From: Lingula anatina
Taxonomy: Eukaryota > Animalia > Brachiopoda
Direction: 5' to 3'
Assembly: GCA_051362555.1 (NCBI GenBank)
Contig: CM120646.1
Span: 1,612,001 to 1,676,000, forward strand
DNA length: 64,000 nt
Of this stretch, positions 14,657-22,626 are shown one piece after another. The notes under the pieces were generated by a model. It searched no databases, was not told where the DNA came from, and saw nothing but the letters and a program-made list of their open reading frames with translations. Numbering within the stretch: the stretch's first letter is position 1; the number at the start of each line of letters is the position of its first letter. The position numbers and the translations under genes were made by a program.

Positions 14657-15603
14657 TAAGTCATAATCCTGAGCGACATTAAATAAGCTTGGGCAGCAGT
14701 AGCAGCAGACATATTGGGCTTTGAACTGCGACTGCGTCTCAGGCAGTTGTTACTGGCTGATTGTGTGTGGTTGAAAGTCTCTATTGTGAGGCATGCTTTG
14801 TGCCCGAACACACTGCGCTAAACATACATGAAATCAATGAGGTCATGTGACATGAGCTAAGCAACACAGGAGTGTACACAGCTACAGGGGGGTACAAAAT
14901 TGGAGGGATTTTTCCTTTTTGCTATTTCCAGGATGTAATTAATTGACAGTTGTTACCTGTTCTGTTGTCACGAATTGGAGGTGACATTTAGAGCGGAATT
15001 AATGAGATCTATTTCACGGCGTGGAGCTACAGGGGTTGCAGAAGTTTGTGCTTTAAGGCTTAATTTTCAGTTTCAGTTAATAACACCTCAATGATTACCT
15101 TTATGGAAGGGCGGGGGGGGGGGGGATGATCATAGGTGAAATGATTGTTATTTTCGCATTAAAAGAACCTGTTTGGGGATATTAAATAATCATGACTATA
15201 TTGTACTGAAAATATGATTCACTACTTGTTGCTACCTAATTGTAGCAATTAGGTGTTTTCTTTTGAATATTAAGAATAATAAATTGGTGTTAATGGTAGA
15301 ACGCTAAAAAGTATACACTACAATTATCTGATTTGAAAGGGTACAGATGCATGGATAAATTACCTCCTATATAAGATTAAAAAAAAACACAAAACAGTGT
15401 CAATGATCAACATGATTTAAGCCTAAATATCTGAATTAATTGTCCTCATATATTTATCATGGTATGATATATAATAAATGTATCATGTCATAAAGTAAGA
15501 AATATTCAGTCAGTCACATGAGTTATCAACATCATTATCTCTGCTATTAAGCAATAGAACAGGAAGGGGGGAGGAGCAAGATATAAATCTTATGATGAGA
15601 TAT

Positions 15604-16218
15604 TGTAAAGGTCTCCCGCTTTTCTGCCACCAGTGTACGGTTCTCTTACTTCGCTGCCACCAACAAAACAAGGTCTCTGTTTTGTAAACTTTATTTCTAC
15701 GAATAACTCTCAACACAAATGTACATGTTTCTGTATCTTTTACTAAACACTGTCTCTATTCTTGCTGTACTGCTGTACTTCTAATTTAAACAACTGCAAC
15801 TCAGCTACAATAAACTAACTGGAACTATATTGCGAAACTGACTCAAACTAAGTTGTGAAACTAAGTCTGACACTATACTCTCACTGAGTACTGCCACTAT
15901 ACTCTACAGTAACTCTAACTGAACTCTAACTGAACAACACTGCGAAGAGCAGCTGTATTTATACATTTCAAAAGTGGACGGCCTTGAATGGTTCACTGCT
16001 ACTTTGACTGGCAGCCAGAGTAAAAGTGGACGGCCTTGAATGGTTGACCGCCAACCCCTCTACTGGACACCACAATCCCCTCTTTCGTAAACTGATACCA
16101 CTTACAAGCCATTCCAACTTAAGGTTCAAAGTTCAACACACACAAGAATGTAAACAAAAGGCTACAGCTTACTGCAGCAACTTTACCATGAATTTTAAGG
16201 CTATGTAAAATCGTTACA
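15604..16218 (-). repeat. 3' LTR (615 bp)
   Basis: Direct repeat of 22012-22626; preceded on minus by the PPT; AATAAA on minus at 15690-15695. Confidence 0.97.
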
Positions 16219-16230
16219 CTCTCCCCCCCT
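16219..16230 (-). other. Polypurine tract
   Basis: Minus strand AGGGGGGGAGAG directly abutting the 3' LTR. Confidence 0.93.
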
Positions 16231-16407
16231 AGGTCTGATCCCACCGGGGATCTGCCCAACTACTAAATCAGTTAAAACTAAAATTATTCTGAAACATTTA
16301 AGCAGTTAAAAATTCAGTCAGTTCATAAAGTTCATTCAATAGTTCAGTGTCACTTTGATTAAATAAAATTACTCTTAAGTTCAACATTGGGTTAATAATG
16401 ATAATCA

Positions 16408-16495
16408 TTTAAAGTTCATAGTCTGATTCATAATAATGTTCACTTTAAAGTTCAAAGTCTGATTAATAATAATGTTCATTTTTAAAGTTCATTGT
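16408..16495. repeat. 36-bp tandem repeat (about 2.4 copies) in the retrotransposon 3' UTR
   Basis: TTTAAAGTTCA(T/A)AGTCTGATT(C/A)ATAATAATGTTCA at 16408 and 16444, partial third copy. Confidence 0.85.
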
Positions 16496-16500
16496 CACAG

Positions 16501-19500
16501 TCAATCAGCAAATCTCTTGGGAGGTCTTCTTTTCCTTCGTGGTCTTCCCTCATTTCTCAAATTACTGTCAGGTTGGTTCTTGGGTACTTGCACTTGTTTA
16601 GATTGGCCACTCTGCTTCATTCTGTGTTTGATGGCACTTCCCTCATGTTTCAGTGGACTGCCTTCTACATAATTACCTTTATGTAAACATTTCTGCAAAC
16701 TGGACACCCAATCTGGAACTTGGTCACTTAAAAATGGCTTAAGACGGTCATGGTGCACGATCTTCATTTTACACTTAGGTTTGCCTTTCACTGCAAACAA
16801 CAAATCACTGTGCTTTTTGACAACAACATAAGGTCCTTGCCATTTATCACGTTTCAGCTTTGGGCTCAGTCCCACTGTTCTAGTGCTATCTAGTAAGTAC
16901 ACCAAGTCACCAACTTTATAGTTATTTTGCGAAATACGGGTGTCATGGTCTCTTTTCTGCCTTTGAAAGTCCTTTTTCAAATGCAATCTCACTATTTCAT
17001 GAATTCTAGTCATTTTCTCTTGCAACATTTTGACATACTCTGAAGGAGACGTCACAGATCGGTCTTCTGGTGGTTTTCCAAAGATCAGTTCTGTAGCTGT
17101 GTGAACTTCTCTGCCTAACATAAGCAAATTAGGGGAATAACCAGTGCTTTCATGTTTACAGCACCTGTATGCTGCAGTCAATAAAGGCAAATGAATGTCC
17201 CAATCCCGTTGGTCTTCTGACACGTAAGCTGATATCATGTCACATAACACAATATTGAATCTCTCCACCATTCCATTTCCTGAGGGATGATAGCTGGATG
17301 TTCGGGTTTTATTTATTTCTAATACTTGACATACTTGTTTGAATAACTGTGACTCATAGTTGCTACCTTGGTCTGAATGGAGATCAAGGGGTAGGCCAAA
17401 TCTAGAGAAAAACTCTGTCACTAGCTTGTGTGCTACAGTTTTAGCTGATATGTCAGGGATGGCATAGCACTCCACCCATTTGGAAAACTGGTCCATTGCT
17501 AAAAGAATATATTTATTGCCTCTTTCACTGACTGGAAAAGGTCCTAAGATGTCTGTTGCCACTCTGTCCATGGGAGCGCCTACAGCATATCTTATCAAAG
17601 GAGCCTTAGGTCTCGACCGTGGTCTTTTTCTCCCACCACAAATAGCACATCTTCTTATGTAATCTCTTACACTTTCTTTCATCTTGTACCAGTAGAAGTG
17701 TCTTTTCAACTTGCTCACTGTTTTCTTGACGCCAAGGTGACCTGACGTGACTTTGTCATGCACGCCATTCATCACCTCGTTCCTCATCTCTCTCGGAACC
17801 AATATCTGTAAAAAGGAACCTGTCTTATCTAAAGTTTCCCATCTTTTATATAAAATGCCCTCCTGCAGCACAAGTTGGTCCCAAAGCAACCATAACTGTC
17901 GTACTGCAGGACTTTCTGCGGCCACTTTATCTCTTTCTGGTCTCTGTGATGACTGTTCCTTCCAGTCCAGCACAGTCTTCAACTCAGGGTCTTTATGCTG
18001 CAAATTAAACAATTCATTCACAGTGTAACTGCCCAGCCACTCGGCTGGAAGTCTACCTCTGTCACTCTCAGATTCACTGAGATCTGTATCTTCATCACCA
18101 TGAGAAAAATCTTGATCCTTGAATGTCAAGTTTTCTCTAGGCAGCACTTCCTTTTTCTTGGAAACTCTCATCCTTCGAAGAGAAAGTGCTCTAACTTCCT
18201 TAAAGATACACCTGAATTTCATGGTCACCCAGCTCAGGATTGCAAAGAACAATGTCAGTAGGATGTAAAGGCCTGTCAATAAAACTGAACAAGCTGCTGT
18301 ATACACACGTTTTACTGGACATTTTCCTTGGTTTCCCGATGCTTGACCACTGACTCCATTGTCTGATTTTAGTTCTTTCTTTCGGTTTTCTGTCATTCTT
18401 CTTATAACTAACGGGACGACTTCTTCTTCCAGATATCTGGACCATTGTTCATGTTTCTTTTTACACTGTACGCAACCATCGCATGGCAAATTGCTCAAGA
18501 TGGACTCTCCATCGTAGCATGGACACTCATCTGGGTCGCATGGAAACCTTGATATTGCATCTGCGTTACCATGTCTAGCCCCTGCTCGGTGTTCTATTTT
18601 AAAATCATACTGTGATAGCACTTCCAGCCATCTGGCCATCTGATCATTGGGCTCCTTAAAGGACATAACCCATCGGAGGGCACTGTGATCGCTTCGTACC
18701 AAAAACTGTCTACCCAATAAATGGTGTCTGAATTGTTGAACAAAGGTAACAACGGCAAGCAGTTCTTTTCTAGTCACGCAGTAACGGCGTTGAGTTTTCG
18801 TCAATGACTTACTTGCATACGCGACTGGTTTCTCTATTTCTTTCTGGGTCTTCTCACACCACTGTAACTGAGATAAAACGGCACCAATGCCCGTGGCTGA
18901 AGCATCAGTGTCGAGAATATACAATCCTTCGTCTCTCGGATACGCCATTACCTCATTACCTGTAAGGGCACTTTTGAGTTCCTCAAATGCTGTCTGACAA
19001 GAGTCCGTCCAAGTAAACGCCTGGCCGGCCTGGAGCAGGTAATTAATTGGAGCAGCTCTTGTTGAAAATCCTCTAATAAATCTACGATAATATGAGCACA
19101 GTCCTAGAAAACTACGTACATCAGTCAGATTCCTGGGAACTGGCCATTTCTTTATACACTCTACCTTCTCAGGATCTGGTTTAACGCCATCTTGTGTCAC
19201 TACATGTCCCAAAAACTGAACTTCAGTCTGGAACAACCTGCATTTGCTTGGTTTCAGTTTTAGTCCTGCTTTCCCAAGACGATTAAAAACCTCGTCAAGT
19301 CTCTTATAGTGTTCTTCAAATGATTTACCAAACACAATAATGTCATCAAGGTAAATCAACACTGTCTGCCACTGCAAACCACGAAAAATCAGTTCCATAC
19401 ACCGTTCGAAGGTTGAAGGAGAATTAGAAAGACCAAAAGGCATAACATTATATTCGTATAACCCATTTCTGGTCACAAATGCAGTCTTTGGCTTATCTTC

Positions 19501-20865
19501 TTCTGCTACCTCGATTTGATAATACCCGCTCTGGCAATCAGCTATTGAGAAGAAAATTGAACCACCAAGAGAGTCTAAACAGTCATTTATTCGAGGAAGA
19601 GGGTAAGCATCTTTCACTGTTACATCATTTAAGTGTCTATAGTCAACACAGGGTCTTGTTGTTCCATCCTTTTTCTTGACATAAACTAGTGGAGCTGACC
19701 AAGGTGAGGTGGACTCTCTAATAACACCATTTTGGAGCTGTTCCTGAATTATTTTCTCTTCTTCCCCAGCAAACGCTCTAGGGGGTCTTCTGGGCTGCTG
19801 TTTTATGGGTCTTGCATCACCAGTGACAATCTTATGCTTTACGACAGATGTGTGACCCATGTCACTGGAAGACTTGGCAAAAACATCACTGTGCTTCTGC
19901 AGGAGTTTCTTTAATTCACATCTTTCAAAGTCAGTCAAATTCTCACCTGACTGTTTATAGAGGTCAGCCAGGCACTCAGGCAATTCTGGGCTATGAAGGG
20001 TTAAGGCTGACTTTTGTTTACCAGGGGTTAAGTCTGCTCGTAAGGTGGGCACAGAAAGGCTATCTTCAAGTTTATCACCAATCACATGGTCTACTTCATG
20101 TAAATGAGCAACGCAGGTGTCTTTCAAAAGTGAAATGTCTTCATTAGAAGGGTTAAGGAGTCTCACAGGTATTTTATTGTCTCTTGTGAAAGGATCAACT
20201 AGCACATGTCCGATCAGAAAATCACTTGACTTCTCTGGAATTGCCTCTACCAGTCCCAATCCTGATTTTATTTTGCTAGAATCAACTGTCCCTTCTATGA
20301 TCAACTCACTGTTTGCAGGAATAATAACGTCATTAGTCACTGTCACTCTAAAGGCATGCTTTGGTTCCCTCTCAACCAAACAGGGCACTCTCTTCCCATT
20401 AAGTTTCAGTCCGTTCACACCCAGTGAAAAATCATGATGGCACAGGAAGTCCATTCCTAACAAACCATCGTCCTTTATTTTTGCTACAAGCATGTCCCAA
20501 ATAAACACTTCTTCACCAGACTGAAATTTTATTTCTACATGGCCTTCAATTTCAATGTTTCTACTGTCTGCAACCTGCAACTGCAATTTTCTATGAGTCT
20601 TTTTCAGTTCAGGTCTAAAATCATGGGGAATTCGTTCATAAATGTGGGTAGCTATAATTGTTTTTGACGCACCAGTGTCTACAATAAAGTTCACTTCTTG
20701 GCCCTGAATCTTCACTGGCCAAGAAACACTAGCATTTCTACAACTAACGGTTTCAATGTCACTGTCAACAGGTGTTTTTAGGGGTTCATTCTGGCCGGCT
20801 GGAATGCCCCTTCTCAGTTTCCCTGGTTGTTTACATGCTGAGCCTCTTTCACAGGTGCCTTGCAT
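16501..20865 (-). CDS. pol: Pol polyprotein (aspartic protease, reverse transcriptase, RNase H, integrase), probably expressed as Gag-Pol by -1 frameshift near 20820
   Basis: Protease FIVDTGAS (DTG 20671-20679); RT motifs CVDYRHLN, YPLPRI, MPFGL, YLDD (19342-19353); RNase H TDAS/KELLA/SDH/ADAISR; integrase HHCC, TDILGP/SDQG/ERFN (DDE) and GPY motif; no stops. Confidence 0.97.
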   Translation of the reverse strand: MQGTCERGSACKQPGKLRRGIPAGQNEPLKTPVDSDIETVSCRNASVSWPVKIQGQEVNFIVDTGASKTIIATHIYERIPHDFRPELKKTHRKLQLQVADSRNIEIEGHVEIKFQSGEEVFIWDMLVAKIKDDGLLGMDFLCHHDFSLGVNGLKLNGKRVPCLVEREPKHAFRVTVTNDVIIPANSELIIEGTVDSSKIKSGLGLVEAIPEKSSDFLIGHVLVDPFTRDNKIPVRLLNPSNEDISLLKDTCVAHLHEVDHVIGDKLEDSLSVPTLRADLTPGKQKSALTLHSPELPECLADLYKQSGENLTDFERCELKKLLQKHSDVFAKSSSDMGHTSVVKHKIVTGDARPIKQQPRRPPRAFAGEEEKIIQEQLQNGVIRESTSPWSAPLVYVKKKDGTTRPCVDYRHLNDVTVKDAYPLPRINDCLDSLGGSIFFSIADCQSGYYQIEVAEEDKPKTAFVTRNGLYEYNVMPFGLSNSPSTFERCMELIFRGLQWQTVLIYLDDIIVFGKSFEEHYKRLDEVFNRLGKAGLKLKPSKCRLFQTEVQFLGHVVTQDGVKPDPEKVECIKKWPVPRNLTDVRSFLGLCSYYRRFIRGFSTRAAPINYLLQAGQAFTWTDSCQTAFEELKSALTGNEVMAYPRDEGLYILDTDASATGIGAVLSQLQWCEKTQKEIEKPVAYASKSLTKTQRRYCVTRKELLAVVTFVQQFRHHLLGRQFLVRSDHSALRWVMSFKEPNDQMARWLEVLSQYDFKIEHRAGARHGNADAISRFPCDPDECPCYDGESILSNLPCDGCVQCKKKHEQWSRYLEEEVVPLVIRRMTENRKKELKSDNGVSGQASGNQGKCPVKRVYTAACSVLLTGLYILLTLFFAILSWVTMKFRCIFKEVRALSLRRMRVSKKKEVLPRENLTFKDQDFSHGDEDTDLSESESDRGRLPAEWLGSYTVNELFNLQHKDPELKTVLDWKEQSSQRPERDKVAAESPAVRQLWLLWDQLVLQEGILYKRWETLDKTGSFLQILVPREMRNEVMNGVHDKVTSGHLGVKKTVSKLKRHFYWYKMKESVRDYIRRCAICGGRKRPRSRPKAPLIRYAVGAPMDRVATDILGPFPVSERGNKYILLAMDQFSKWVECYAIPDISAKTVAHKLVTEFFSRFGLPLDLHSDQGSNYESQLFKQVCQVLEINKTRTSSYHPSGNGMVERFNIVLCDMISAYVSEDQRDWDIHLPLLTAAYRCCKHESTGYSPNLLMLGREVHTATELIFGKPPEDRSVTSPSEYVKMLQEKMTRIHEIVRLHLKKDFQRQKRDHDTRISQNNYKVGDLVYLLDSTRTVGLSPKLKRDKWQGPYVVVKKHSDLLFAVKGKPKCKMKIVHHDRLKPFLSDQVPDWVSSLQKCLHKGNYVEGSPLKHEGSAIKHRMKQSGQSKQVQVPKNQPDSNLRNEGRPRRKRRPPKRFAD
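20781..20823 (-). promoter_or_regulatory. -1 programmed ribosomal frameshift signal
   Basis: Slippery heptamer G GGA AAC (20817-20823) in the gag frame just before the gag TGA; 6-nt spacer; hairpin GGGGCATTC-loop-GAATGAACCCC (20781-20810); pol is in the -1 frame. Confidence 0.88.
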
Positions 20866-21941
20866 TCTCTTGCCAGATGCCCATATCTATGGCACTTGAA
20901 ACACTCTACGTTGTTTTTCCAATTTTCTGACTTGGGTGGTGGAGGACTTTTCGTGTCTTTTGCTTTCTCTTTCATTATCAAGTCTTTAATTTCATCTAAC
21001 TTCTTGTCAAACTTCTTTTCAAGCTGGTGTAGCTGACTTTCTGTTACAACAGCCTCAGGATTTGCTGCCCTAACACTTGGTCTTTTCACTGCCTCTTCTC
21101 TTAGACTGTTATACATTTCAAGGGCCTCCCTTGCTTCGTCTAGATTTTTGGGCGTTTTCATGCCCACTGCCACGGCGGCTTGATGGTCTGGCAACCCTTT
21201 TATGAAATGGCGCAATGCAATGGCCTCACGTGTGGTGCAGTCAGCCGTCGGGTAACCTTTTAACACTAACTTTCTAATATCGGATATGTACTCTGGCAGT
21301 TTCTCTCTTGAACTAAGCTTTCTGTTTTCTAGCTCTGACAGATAGGAGCTTGTAGTGCGCTTTTCTTGAAATCGGTTTTGCAACGCCCTCTGTAGCAGAG
21401 GGTAGGAATTTACCACTTCTGCTGACAACTGCACAAAGGCGAAATCAGCAGCCTCACCACGCAGACTGTTACATAATCTAAACAGTTTTTCAGACTCACT
21501 CCATTCACAAGTCTGGCTTAGTGCTTTGAATGGCTCAATGAAACCCTCCCAGGATTCTTTTCCACTAAAGAGAGTCTGTCTGGGCAAAGGTATTTCAAAG
21601 TTACTACGGCCGTTAATTCTGTGAAATGGGGTAAGTGTAGGGATTATTGTTTCTGATATGCGTTCATTCTGGGCTCTGTGTTCTATTTCTGTCTCTTTCT
21701 GTCGCTCTAGGGCTCTGACTCTCTGTTCTGCAGCCTCAGCACGTGCCTCTAAGATGTCAGCATTCTCTTTAGCATTTCTTAGTAATCTTTCTTTTTCTGC
21801 CTCTGCTTCTTCTACAGCAACTTGTATTCTGTGAGTAGAATTTTCTTTTTCAGCTTCAAGAGCTCTGCAGGCTTCTTCTAACTGTTCCTCCAGGTTTCTC
21901 ACTTCCTCCTGGTCAGATCTGTTGTCCTTTTTAGGAGGCAT
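20814..21941 (-). CDS. gag: Gag (N-terminal coiled coil, capsid-like region, C-terminal CCHC zinc knuckle), 375 aa
   Basis: ATG 50 nt after the PBS; E/A/R-rich heptad-like N-terminus; CFKCHRYGHLAREC fits CX2CX4HX4C. Confidence 0.95.
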   Translation of the reverse strand: MPPKKDNRSDQEEVRNLEEQLEEACRALEAEKENSTHRIQVAVEEAEAEKERLLRNAKENADILEARAEAAEQRVRALERQKETEIEHRAQNERISETIIPTLTPFHRINGRSNFEIPLPRQTLFSGKESWEGFIEPFKALSQTCEWSESEKLFRLCNSLRGEAADFAFVQLSAEVVNSYPLLQRALQNRFQEKRTTSSYLSELENRKLSSREKLPEYISDIRKLVLKGYPTADCTTREAIALRHFIKGLPDHQAAVAVGMKTPKNLDEAREALEMYNSLREEAVKRPSVRAANPEAVVTESQLHQLEKKFDKKLDEIKDLIMKEKAKDTKSPPPPKSENWKNNVECFKCHRYGHLARECKAPVKEAQHVNNQGN

Positions 21942-21991
21942 TTTGAATTTCTTGATTTCTTGAGCTTTTCTCTTGGCGTGTTAAAGTCTGT

Positions 21992-22010
21992 ATCCCAGCG
22001 CTTGCCACCA
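21992..22010 (-). other. Primer binding site, tRNA-Leu type
   Basis: Minus strand TGGTGGCAAGCGCTGGGAT, 1 nt inside the 5' LTR. It is complementary to the eukaryotic tRNA-Leu(AAG/TAG) 3' end ...ATCCCACCGCTGCCACCA (recalled from memory) with one mismatch and one extra base. Confidence 0.85.
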
Positions 22011-22011
22011 G

Positions 22012-22626
22012 TGTAAAGGTCTCCCGCTTTTCTGCCACCAGTGTACGGTTCTCTTACTTCGCTGCCACCAACAAAACAAGGTCTCTGTTTTGTAAACTTT
22101 ATTTCTACGAATAACTCTCAACACAAATGTACATGTTTCTGTATCTTTTACTAAACACTGTCTCTATTCTTGCTGTACTGCTGTACTTCTAATTTAAACA
22201 ACTGCAACTCAGCTACAATAAACTAACTGGAACTATATTGCGAAACTGACTCAAACTAAGTTGTGAAACTAAGTCTGACACTATACTCTCACTGAGTACT
22301 GCCACTATACTCTACAGTAACTCTAACTGAACTCTAACTGAACAACACTGCGAAGAGCAGCTGTATTTATACATTTCAAAAGTGGACGGCCTTGAATGGT
22401 TCACTGCTACTTTGACTGGCAGCCAGAGTAAAAGTGGACGGCCTTGAATGGTTGACCGCCAACCCCTCTACTGGACACCACAATCCCCTCTTTCGTAAAC
22501 TGATACCACTTACAAGCCATTCCAACTTAAGGTTCAAAGTTCAACACACACAAGAATGTAAACAAAAGGCTACAGCTTACTGCAGCAACTTTACCATGAA
22601 TTTTAAGGCTATGTAAAATCGTTACA
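22012..22626 (-). repeat. 5' LTR (615 bp)
   Basis: No differences from 15604-16218 seen by eye (offset 6408); adjacent to the PBS; TATAAA on minus at 22366-22371. Confidence 0.97.
22366..22453 (-). promoter_or_regulatory. LTR U3 promoter: TATA box plus a duplicated 24-bp element
   Basis: TATAAA on minus at 22366-22371; plus-strand AAAAGTGGACGGCCTTGAATGGTT at 22378-22401 and 22430-22453 (also 15970-15993 and 16022-16045). Confidence 0.65.

Larger units (their letters stand above)
15604..22626 (-). mobile_element. Full-length intact Ty3/Gypsy (Metaviridae) LTR retrotransposon, 7023 bp, no env
   Basis: Two 615-bp direct LTRs with TGTAA...TTACA ends; 4-bp TSD ATAT at 15600-15603 and 22627-22630; PBS and PPT; uninterrupted gag and pol with domain order PR-RT-RH-IN, diagnostic of Ty3/Gypsy. 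Confidence 0.98.

Noticed and set aside
16026-16208. Identical 60-aa plus-strand ORFs in both LTRs (also 22434-22616)
   Set aside because: GTG start, antisense to the element, no recognisable features; the identity only reflects LTR duplication
16231-16500. Possible env or third ORF
   Set aside because: Only about 270 bp of AT-rich tandem-repeat sequence lies between the pol stop and the PPT; no ORF
16472-20437. Plus-strand ORFs overlapping pol
   Set aside because: Antisense shadow ORFs of a long coding sequence
21981-22070. CRISPR-like array or tRNA gene
   Set aside because: Eukaryotic context, only 8-13-nt conserved motifs, no cas genes and no cloverleaf; best explained as PBS-related repeats
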